Assembly (NCBI GenBank): GCA_030704765.1
Contig: JAUYDD010000011.1
Coordinates: 1-35,265 of the forward strand
Direction: 5' to 3'
Length of the DNA stretch: 35,265 nt
Source of the DNA: Nanobdellota archaeon
GTDB lineage: Archaea > Nanobdellota > Nanobdellia > Pacearchaeales > GW2011-AR1
Shown: positions 28,175-35,265 of the stretch, piece by piece
Numbering within the stretch: the stretch's first letter is position 1
How the letters are laid out: each line of letters begins with the position of its first letter
Program-made: the position numbers and the translations under genes
Notes under the pieces: generated by a model
The model's input: the letters and a program-made list of their open reading frames with translations, nothing else
Database searches by the model: none
What the model was told of the DNA's origin: nothing

Positions 28175-28513
28175 CTAACCCACAATAAAGTTAACTACCA
28201 ATGGAGCTGCCCAGATTATGATCAGTCCTATGATAACATACATGCCAATGTTCTTTGCCTGTTCTCTTTTTCCAGGATTTCCAGCAGAAGTTATAAAGCC
28301 GATTCCTGCAAATAAGAGAACAACTACTGCAATAGCTGTTGACAGATATTTAGCCATATTATAGATCTTCATTACAGGCGTAAGTATCTGATCAAACGTT
28401 GCCTTATCCTGTGTAGATATTGGCTGATTAAAGTCAACAGCTAAAACAAACTGGATAGCAATTACTGTTACAAAGAATACTAAACCAAGCAGTGCTAGAT
28501 GTTTTTGTTTCAT
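28175..28513 (-). CDS. VirB2/TrbC-like conjugative pilin
   Basis: 112 aa: signal peptide plus hydrophobic hairpin AGIGFITSAGNPGKREQAK...IIGLIIIWAA. Confidence 0.8.
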   Translation of the reverse strand: MKQKHLALLGLVFFVTVIAIQFVLAVDFNQPISTQDKATFDQILTPVMKIYNMAKYLSTAIAVVVLLFAGIGFITSAGNPGKREQAKNIGMYVIIGLIIIWAAPLVVNFIVG

Positions 28514-28680
28514 TTTTTCCTCCTGAATTTAATTGAGCCAGAGTCTTTATTTTCCAATTTCCTAAATTCTCTTATTTTCTCAAAATACTTTTTCTTGTGT
28601 TTCCACTTAAGAAACTGAAAACAAGACTCACAGACTTCTCCTTCATTTATTTCGCTTTTGCAAACAATACAATTTTTCAT
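28510..28680 (-). CDS. Small Zn-finger protein (CxxC-x9-CxxC), first gene of the transfer operon
   Basis: MKNCIVCKSEINEGEVCESC...; start moved to 28680 because the track's extension translates the palindromic repeats; TTTAAG TATA-like box about 25 bp upstream. Confidence 0.7.
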   Translation of the reverse strand: MKNCIVCKSEINEGEVCESCFQFLKWKHKKKYFEKIREFRKLENKDSGSIKFRRKK

Positions 28681-28724
28681 GGAAGGTTGATTTAGAACAT
28701 GCTTAAATAGGGCTAGGTTAAAAC

Positions 28725-28760
28725 TTGTGTACACAATTGTGTACACAAATAGGTACACAA
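28725..28760. repeat. Three 12-bp-period palindromic iterons (TTGTGTACACAA x2 plus one degenerate)
   Basis: 28725-28736 and 28737-28748 are identical palindromes; GTACACAA recurs at 28729, 28741 and 28753. Confidence 0.85.
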
Positions 28761-28804
28761 TCATTATCCTTTGAATATTTAAGAAAAGATTTTATGAATC
28801 TTTT

Positions 28805-28942
28805 ATGGAAAACAAAAATTCAATACAGAATACTGATGATAAAAACTATAGACAGAATCAAGAAAAAAGAATTGAGTTGCCTCAGTGGATTCAAATTTTA
28901 AAGAAATCTTTGGAGGAATCAAAAAATGATGCAAGTAAATAA
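28805..28942 (+). CDS. Possible 45-aa protein (not in ORF track)
   Basis: Manual translation MENKNSIQNTDDKNYRQNQEKRIELPQWIQILKKSLEESKNDASK*, overlapping the methyltransferase start. Confidence 0.35.
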   Translation: MENKNSIQNTDDKNYRQNQEKRIELPQWIQILKKSLEESKNDASK

Positions 28943-29963
28943 AGTGCATCAAATAGAGGTTTTAGAAGGCTTGAAAGAACTACCTGATAATTCTATTGAT
29001 TGCATTGTTACAAGTCCGCCTTATTGGAATTTAAGAGATTATAATGTCAAAGACCAGATAGGCTTGGAAAAAGATCCAGAAGATTTTGTTAATAAAATAG
29101 TTGAAATAATGAAGGAATGTAAAAGGGTTATAAAACCTACTGGAACAATCTGGTTAAACTTAGGAGACTCTTATTTTAAAAGTAATAGTAATAATTGCAA
29201 ATCTAACTGGTTACAACAAAAACAAAGATTGCTAATTCCATTTAGAATAGCAATAAAATGCCAAAATGAATTGGGACTAATATTAAGAAATGATATTACT
29301 TGGGTTAAGCAGTTATGGAATTGTAAAACTAAAGAATCTTTTGGATCTTCAATGCCGACAGGGGTTAAAGACAGATTAAATACAACGTCTGAATCACTTT
29401 TCTTTTTTGTTAAGTCTAATAAATATTATTTTAATTTAGATAATATAAGGATACCTTATCGAGATAAAAAAATAACAAATTCTCAAGGCAAAAATCCAGG
29501 TGATTGCATAATGTTTCCATTAGAACCTAGCAGAGAAAAGCATATTGCAATGTTTCCTAAAACTCTCCCAGAATTTTGTATTAAAGCGGGCTGTCCTAAA
29601 CAAATATGCAAAAAATGCAGTACTCCTAAATTAATAATAAAAAAGTCAGATAGCCCATATTCTTTTAATATTAGAGTAAGAGATGTTAAAAATGGAAGAA
29701 TTAAAAGTTTAGATAGAAAAGCTTCACTAAAAGAAACTAAAGATTATAATGAAAAAAACTATGTCTCTAAAAAAGAAGATCAAATTATTTTAAGCTGCAA
29801 TTGCAAAGCAGGATTTAATTCAGGTATTGTTTTAGACCCTTTCATGGGTTCTGGAACTACTGCTATTGTAGCCAAAAAACTCGGTATGAATTTTATTGGT
29901 TTTGATTTGAATAAAAATTATATCAAAATAGCTAATAGGAGGATTTCTCAAATTGGCAATTGA
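28926..29963 (+). CDS. Orphan beta-class DNA methyltransferase (N4-C likely) with Cys-containing insertion
   Basis: VTSPPYW near the N-terminus, HIAMFP, VLDPFMGSGTT near the C-terminus; CKKC...CNC insert; GGAGG upstream. Confidence 0.92.
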   Translation: MMQVNKVHQIEVLEGLKELPDNSIDCIVTSPPYWNLRDYNVKDQIGLEKDPEDFVNKIVEIMKECKRVIKPTGTIWLNLGDSYFKSNSNNCKSNWLQQKQRLLIPFRIAIKCQNELGLILRNDITWVKQLWNCKTKESFGSSMPTGVKDRLNTTSESLFFFVKSNKYYFNLDNIRIPYRDKKITNSQGKNPGDCIMFPLEPSREKHIAMFPKTLPEFCIKAGCPKQICKKCSTPKLIIKKSDSPYSFNIRVRDVKNGRIKSLDRKASLKETKDYNEKNYVSKKEDQIILSCNCKAGFNSGIVLDPFMGSGTTAIVAKKLGMNFIGFDLNKNYIKIANRRISQIGN

Positions 29964-30204
29964 AACTGAAACAAAATCTAGAGGATTATATTCTTTATTA
30001 TTAAGAAGATTGGAAGAAGCAAGAAGAAAATGCAATAAAGAAACAATTCCGTTTCCAAATGTTTTTTCTAAAATTTGCAGTAATTTTTCTATAACTAAAA
30101 AAGAGTGCTGGGAGCTGTTATATTTTGTAAGAGAAATGGGCTTGATTGAGATTGTTCCTTATCATGGGGTGAGAATAGTTGATTTAAAGGAGGTTAAAAA
30201 ATGA
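29953..30204 (+). CDS. Small winged-helix-like protein
   Basis: 83 aa; FSITKKECWELLYFVREMGLIEIVPYHGVRI helix-wing pattern; overlaps the methyltransferase stop; TTG start. Confidence 0.6.
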   Translation: MAIETETKSRGLYSLLLRRLEEARRKCNKETIPFPNVFSKICSNFSITKKECWELLYFVREMGLIEIVPYHGVRIVDLKEVKK

Positions 30205-30285
30205 TAAATTTTTTCAAATCATTATTTAGGAGAAATTTTATTCCCTCAAAAATAGATTTATATACTTTATTATTCTTAGTTTAAG

Positions 30286-30576
30286 ATGAAGAAATATCTT
30301 TCATTTGGGATTGTAGGATTTATTTTAAGTTTAATTTTAGCCTATTTTGGTTATTCATTAGGCAATAAACCAAATGACATTCTATTCCCATTTTACCAAG
30401 TTTTACTATTTGCAATGTTATTATATTTCATTCCATTGCTATTAGTAGGATTGTTTTTAGATATGTCAAAAAAGAGAAAAATTTTCAAGATATTAGCTAT
30501 AATAATCTTAATTCTTGTGGCATTAATAACAGCTTTTTTAGTTCTTTTGAGTTTTTCTTTTAAATTTATTTCCTGA
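30286..30576 (+). CDS. Small 3-TM membrane protein
   Basis: 96 aa, three hydrophobic helices; TTTATATA about 25 bp upstream. Confidence 0.7.
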   Translation: MKKYLSFGIVGFILSLILAYFGYSLGNKPNDILFPFYQVLLFAMLLYFIPLLLVGLFLDMSKKRKIFKILAIIILILVALITAFLVLLSFSFKFIS

Positions 30577-30650
30577 TTATTTTATTTACTACTGATTCTT
30601 AATAAATTTTTTTGCAATAGATTTATATCTAACTACTATGTCTAAATATT

Positions 30651-33600
30651 ATGAAAAGATATGGTGTTATCAGTCTAGGTATTGTAGTAATACTACTCTG
30701 TGTCGGATTTATTTTTGCAGAAAATATTGAAGAATATAATTTAGACAACACACAAAAACTGACTATTCCTGAATTTTTTTCTAATGTAACAAGTTTTTTT
30801 AATAAAGAATATTCAAATAATAATTCAATTGTTCATTTTATTCAATTAGATTTTCAAGATACTTCTGTTTTAGCAGATAATATTAATCGTACATTAGATA
30901 ATGTAGATTTAGAACATGTCCAGGAGATTGGGGGGAAAATTTATGTTATTTACCCCAATTATATTGAATGGACAAGCCAGAGTAAAATAATTCATATAGA
31001 AATTTATTCTGGAAATGCTGAATTATTAAATAATTCTATTTTTAATTATTATAGTAGTTTATATCCTAGTGATTTAGATAACTATGCGAGTCCTCCAGTC
31101 CAATCAAAATCGATGAATATGTTAATATTAGCTTTACAATCTAGTAGTCAGTGTGATAGATGTGGTGAAGGTTTATTTAATAATTGTGATAAAGATGAAT
31201 GTTATGGTTTAGGGTCTTCTTGTTATCTAGGTTGGGCTTCATGTACTGGATGGGGAGATTGTTGGTGTTATGATGGTTCAAATATCTTTAATGGAAATGA
31301 CGATTACTGCAAATATAAGGGACAGAGAAAAAATGGATGTTCAAGAAATGAATATGATTGTGATTGGGACTCTGAATGTGCTTATGGACTTTCCTGTAAA
31401 GGTCCTATAGGCGGAGCTGCAGATGGATGTTGTTATTCTTATGAGGCATGGGATACTAATTCTATGTCTTGTTATGACCCAAGATTAAGTCATGGTCAAT
31501 ATGACTGTGATTGGGACTCTGAATGTAAACCTGGATTAGTCTGTGATGGTAAAACTGCAACAACTGACTTTAATGATGAAGGTTGTTGTTATAATTATGA
31601 AAATTGGAATAACAATGCTAAAGTTTGTAATTATGCGATTTATGGAACTGTTTATAATTCTGTATTAAATTCCAATGGAGCTTTTACTCAAACACCTTAT
31701 TCTAACTTGAAATTAGTTATTAAGATAAGTAATCATGAGGCTTCATGGTTAACAACTAATTATGTTGAGACATCGACAGATTCAAGCGGAAATTTCTATT
31801 TTAATCCTGAAAGATATATTTCTAGTTGGAATTCATTAGCATTTGGAGTTAACCTATTTAATTGGAAAGTTGATAATATCTATGCAGTTCAAGGAAATGA
31901 AGTTATTGGTGAATGGACCAATGATTTTAATAATGGTTTTTGGGGAGGAGAAGATTCTGGTTATCAATCAGGTTTAAGGTCAAGACATCAGATAGTTATG
32001 ATACATACAAATATGCCTTATTGGAGGATAAGTGAATTTTCAAGTAATACTGCGATGGTTAAATCTATGGCGATTCAAACAAATGAGCAACAGCAGAATA
32101 TAATAAATCCTCCAACAAATATGCTCTCAAATGAAAAAATGACTTCAAATAAAATTGTAGGAACTCTTATAATAAAAGATGAGGGAGATTATAACTTTAA
32201 AGTTTCTTCTAGTGGAGGAGTTAAATTATTAATAGATGGCAAGGAAATTATTAATGACTGGAATGACCCTATAAATAATACTTATGAAAGATATGGTAAA
32301 GTTTATCTTTATAATGGAAATCACACCTTATCTCTTGATTATTATGAATATGAAAATAATCAAAGATTGAATATTGATTGGGAAACACCTAAACCAATTA
32401 AAGTAAATCAGCTATATGAAGTTTTTATTCCAAGTGATATTAATCAAAAAGACTATCCAAATCCTTCGGAAGGACAAAAACTAATGGCTACAGCTCAAGT
32501 CCTTTCAGCATCTTCTTCGTATACTGATAATCAAGATAATTATCAAGTATCTTTTATTGAAGACCCAAAAGTATACGAGACATCAAAATCTTATACTCCT
32601 TCCAGAAGACCTCTCTTGTTAGTTCATGGAATGGGTGGAACTGATGGATATTGGGATAATTTGTATCCCTATTTTTCAAATGATTTTGATGTATGGCAAT
32701 TTTATTATCCAAATGACCAAGAGATAAAATATTCATCTGCATTACTAAGAGAAGGAACTGATTTTATTTTAAAAAATTATAATTCTAATTCTGTGGATAT
32801 TGTTTCTCATAGTATGGGTGGATTAGTCTCACATGGATATAGTTCAAATTTAGGACAAAGTCCAAGTGGAATTAGAGTTAGTTATGGAAATAATGTAAAT
32901 AAAATTATAACCTTAGCATCTCCTCTTTATGGTTCTCATCTTGCAAATGTTATTTCTGAAACAACAGACTTTGGATTTGGTTGTAAAGCTACAGAATTTG
33001 TTAATAATATAAGAGAAGGTATATTTGGTGGAGTTCGAAGTGATGCTCCTGCATATAGGGATATAGCTGTAGGAAGTAATTTTACTTTCCAATTAGGAAA
33101 TAAAAATTTGAATGCAAATATTAAATATTATACTATAGCCGGTACAGATGCTTATACTCTTGTAAAAGTCTGTAGAGAGGCTGATGATAATACCATGGAT
33201 GGTTTAGTATCAACATCAAGTGCTAGTTTATTAAATAAAAACATAGATTTATACACGATCTATACAACACATTCAGGATTTACATATACTTGTTCTGATA
33301 CTTTAGCTTATTTGTTTGCCTGTATTCCATTAGTATCAACACCTTCTCCATTACAACAGATTTCAAACATGGTCTATTCATTTACAAAAGGAACAAACCT
33401 TAGTTCTAGTAATTATCAATATAAATTGACAAATCTTAACTATAATCCTTATACTGAAGGCGCAGTTCTAATAAAGACCAAAGAAAATGTATCTGGTGTA
33501 AAATTAAAATTTATATCTACAAACAAAACATATTATCTTTATAGAAATCAATTTAACCCTATCTGGTACTTCTGGGGAAATTCCGGTCAAGATGGATTAA

Positions 33601-34865
33601 ATATTCCTCAAGGAAAATATGAGGTTTTGGTTGGTAATGCAACAAAAGGAAAGGAAATATCGATATACCCTGCTCAAACATCTATATACGATTTATCAAT
33701 CTGTACACCTAATTGGACTTTAATGAATAATTGGAGCTCATGCCAGAAAAACAATCAAACAAACAAAGATTGGATAGATACCAATTATTGCGGTGATAAT
33801 TCAACAAAACCTTCTAAAGTTATCCAAACTTGTGATTATTGCCAACCCAATATATCAAACCCTCTTTATACAGAATGGTCTATTTGTTCAAATCATTTAA
33901 GGACTAAAATAAAATATTATAAAGATTTGAATTATAATTCTTGTTGCATCATAACTAACCTAAGCTCCGATTGTATAATAAATAATAAATCTTATCAGAA
34001 TATTACTGAAACCGAAGATTGTGATATTCCCTCCCTTAGTTTAAGTATACTTGAGCCACAAGACAAGATTTACGATTCTGGGAAGTTAAATTTGAAAACA
34101 AATTCAGATAGTAACATAATCAAATTAGAAACTATAGATTATTATAGTGGAAATAAAAATCCAAGATGGACTACATTATGTTCTAAGAACTGCAAGACTT
34201 ATGAGAAGAAAATTAACTTTAATGATGGAAATCATAGTCTAATTGTAAGGGGAACTTCAGATAAAGGACTGATTTATACTAGTAATGTTTCTTTCATAAT
34301 TGATACAAAAGATCCACAAATATCAACTACAAAACCTTCAAGCAATAAATATACAAATGGCTCGAATTTCTATATTAAATATACTGAAGCTAATTGCCAA
34401 ACATTAAAGATATTAATAAATGGGCAAGAAGTTCTATCACAGGGCTGCACATCAGGAAAGAATATTGAAAAAGTTATTCCCTTAGATATAAGTTCATTTA
34501 ATGGGCAATTGGTTAGATATCAATTTATTATTTCAGATATTGCTAGTAACACATATCAATCAAACCCTACAAAAATAAAAGTCGATACAACTGCTCCTGA
34601 AATAAAGAATCTAAATGTTTCAGTTTCTGGAAGATATGCTTATTTTAAGATGACTGTTTTAAATGAAAATAAAGACAGTTTTAATAAGGTTGAATACAAA
34701 GACAACTCTGATTCAAGACCTTCCTGGAAATCTTTATGTACAAATTTAAAGAATGAAATTTGTGAGAAAAAAATATCATTCAGAACTGGAAATCATGATA
34801 TGATTATAAGAGCATTGGATGATGCTGGAAACAGCGATACTAAAAATATTAGTTTTATGATTTAA
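30651..34865 (+). CDS. Large secreted multidomain protein: Cys-rich repeats, PA14-like domain, alpha/beta-hydrolase (PGAP1/lipase-like), Ig-like C-terminal repeats
   Basis: Signal peptide; YDCDWDSEC x2; GDYNFKVSSSGGVKLLIDGKEIINDW...LDYYE (PA14-like); LLLVHGMGG and VSHSMGG nucleophile elbow, DGLVS; two W..LC....EKKI.F..GNH repeats. Confidence 0.85.
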   Translation: MKRYGVISLGIVVILLCVGFIFAENIEEYNLDNTQKLTIPEFFSNVTSFFNKEYSNNNSIVHFIQLDFQDTSVLADNINRTLDNVDLEHVQEIGGKIYVIYPNYIEWTSQSKIIHIEIYSGNAELLNNSIFNYYSSLYPSDLDNYASPPVQSKSMNMLILALQSSSQCDRCGEGLFNNCDKDECYGLGSSCYLGWASCTGWGDCWCYDGSNIFNGNDDYCKYKGQRKNGCSRNEYDCDWDSECAYGLSCKGPIGGAADGCCYSYEAWDTNSMSCYDPRLSHGQYDCDWDSECKPGLVCDGKTATTDFNDEGCCYNYENWNNNAKVCNYAIYGTVYNSVLNSNGAFTQTPYSNLKLVIKISNHEASWLTTNYVETSTDSSGNFYFNPERYISSWNSLAFGVNLFNWKVDNIYAVQGNEVIGEWTNDFNNGFWGGEDSGYQSGLRSRHQIVMIHTNMPYWRISEFSSNTAMVKSMAIQTNEQQQNIINPPTNMLSNEKMTSNKIVGTLIIKDEGDYNFKVSSSGGVKLLIDGKEIINDWNDPINNTYERYGKVYLYNGNHTLSLDYYEYENNQRLNIDWETPKPIKVNQLYEVFIPSDINQKDYPNPSEGQKLMATAQVLSASSSYTDNQDNYQVSFIEDPKVYETSKSYTPSRRPLLLVHGMGGTDGYWDNLYPYFSNDFDVWQFYYPNDQEIKYSSALLREGTDFILKNYNSNSVDIVSHSMGGLVSHGYSSNLGQSPSGIRVSYGNNVNKIITLASPLYGSHLANVISETTDFGFGCKATEFVNNIREGIFGGVRSDAPAYRDIAVGSNFTFQLGNKNLNANIKYYTIAGTDAYTLVKVCREADDNTMDGLVSTSSASLLNKNIDLYTIYTTHSGFTYTCSDTLAYLFACIPLVSTPSPLQQISNMVYSFTKGTNLSSSNYQYKLTNLNYNPYTEGAVLIKTKENVSGVKLKFISTNKTYYLYRNQFNPIWYFWGNSGQDGLNIPQGKYEVLVGNATKGKEISIYPAQTSIYDLSICTPNWTLMNNWSSCQKNNQTNKDWIDTNYCGDNSTKPSKVIQTCDYCQPNISNPLYTEWSICSNHLRTKIKYYKDLNYNSCCIITNLSSDCIINNKSYQNITETEDCDIPSLSLSILEPQDKIYDSGKLNLKTNSDSNIIKLETIDYYSGNKNPRWTTLCSKNCKTYEKKINFNDGNHSLIVRGTSDKGLIYTSNVSFIIDTKDPQISTTKPSSNKYTNGSNFYIKYTEANCQTLKILINGQEVLSQGCTSGKNIEKVIPLDISSFNGQLVRYQFIISDIASNTYQSNPTKIKVDTTAPEIKNLNVSVSGRYAYFKMTVLNENKDSFNKVEYKDNSDSRPSWKSLCTNLKNEICEKKISFRTGNHDMIIRALDDAGNSDTKNISFMI
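31351..31526 (+). repeat. Intragenic 29-bp direct repeat encoding YDCDWDSEC
   Basis: 31351-31379 vs 31498-31526, one mismatch. Confidence 0.8.
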
Positions 34866-34994
34866 TCTCGCTTTATTAATTTCCATATTCATTTATAGAG
34901 CTCTTTAAATACTAATTTCTCCTCGGTAAATTAGCTAAAAATAATTTGCTATTAAATACCGCACACAAAAAGGAATAGAACTTTTCCATTGAAT

Positions 34995-35007
34995 CGGGCA
35001 GCGGCGT
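34995..35007 (+). repeat. attR core (13-bp direct repeat of the tRNA-Ser 3' end)
   Basis: CGGGCAGCGGCGT identical to 4294-4306, in non-coding DNA just after the last element gene. Confidence 0.88.
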
Positions 35008-35062
35008 ATTACTATTCTAATCTCAAATAACCGGCTTACCTTTCGTTGATTTAATCGCATTA

Positions 35063-35137
35063 ATTATGTCGGGAATTGAAAACCTCATGATTTATCATGT
35101 GGTCGTAGCAAATGTTACAGTTTTCAATTCTCGAGCA
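35063..35137. repeat. 75-bp palindromic dispersed repeat, copy 2 (inverted relative to 65-139)
   Basis: 74/75 match to the reverse complement of 65-139. Confidence 0.9.
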
Positions 35138-35257
35138 CAAGAAAATTCTTTCAGATGAATTTTCTGTGCAGAAAATCTTTCTGAAAAGATTTTCTTGCCA
35201 TCAAAATTTTTCAGAAAATTTTGTGGCGCCGAAAACTTCTGAAAGTTTTCGTGCGCA
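35135..35257. repeat. Array of four abutting REP-like hairpins with alternating TCAG/CTGA loops
   Basis: AGAAAATTC-tttcagat-GAATTTTCT; AGAAAATCTTT-ctga-AAAGATTTTCT; CAAAATTTT-tcag-AAAATTTTG; CGAAAACTT-ctga-AAGTTTTCG. Confidence 0.85.
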
Positions 35258-35265
35258 TCCTAAAA

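Larger units (their letters stand above)
4294..35007. mobile_element. ~30.7-kb integrative (probably conjugative) element inserted at tRNA-Ser
   Basis: GC-rich 13-bp direct repeats from the tRNA 3' end in AT-rich DNA, tyrosine integrase next to attL, T4SS-like genes and defence cargo inside. Confidence 0.88.

Noticed and set aside
28681..28764. N-terminal extension MIVYLFVYTIVYT of the Zn-finger ORF
   Set aside because: It is a translation of the palindromic iterons; ATG at 28680 has a TATA-like box at the expected distance.
4765..32742. Short antisense or nested ORFs in the track (e.g. 4765, 9422, 10413, 10660, 11096, 13974, 14700, 15656, 16224, 16411, 16775, 19497, 20594, 21751, 22979, 23338, 23950, 27442, 29832, 32554)
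   Set aside because: They lie opposite well-supported genes and have the F/L/I/S-rich composition expected from antisense reading of A-rich coding DNA.
4294..35007. Provirus
   Set aside because: No capsid, portal, terminase or tail genes recognised; the pilin/VirB6/VirB4 operon fits a conjugative element better.
65..35137. 35-kb transposon bounded by the 75-bp inverted repeats
   Set aside because: No transposase, the interval includes a host tRNA, and each copy is itself a self-contained palindrome within a hairpin cluster; a dispersed repeat is simpler.
35135..35257. Mini-CRISPR array or simple terminator
   Set aside because: Hairpins abut without spacers and differ in stem sequence; no gene ends immediately adjacent.

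Overview
AT-rich archaeal-looking DNA, most likely DPANN (Pacearchaeota/Woesearchaeota-like; inferred from TATA-box promoters close to starts, a TrmB regulator, an archaeal-type Zn-ribbon tyrosine integrase and a CCA-less tRNA). Bases 1-4200 are host flank: a Fic protein, an AAA+/DUF4143-type ATPase and a PD40/TolB-repeat surface gene broken by two in-frame stops. A tRNA-Ser(UGA) at 4224-4305 is the insertion site of an apparently complete ~30.7 kb integrative, probably conjugative, element bounded by a 13-bp direct repeat (CGGGCAGCGGCGT, 4294-4306 and 34995-35007). The element carries: an integrase; a TrmB-led operon (unknown, possibly CofE-like ligase + SAM methyltransferase + metallophosphoesterase + P-loop kinase); a second phosphoesterase, a soluble LemA-like protein and a macrodomain; Cas4/AddB-like and RusA-like nucleases; a convergently split type I R-M system with a HEPN-motif gene between hsdM and hsdS; a minimal T4SS (pilin, VirB6-like, and a PrgI-VirB4 fusion with a C-terminal PD-(D/E)XK-like domain, but no recognisable relaxase or VirD4); an orphan DNA methyltransferase; and a 1404-aa secreted Cys-rich/PA14/lipase protein. 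Both window ends carry the same 75-bp palindromic repeat in inverted orientation, plus a REP-like hairpin array at the right end. All family calls come from motif recognition by eye, not database searches.
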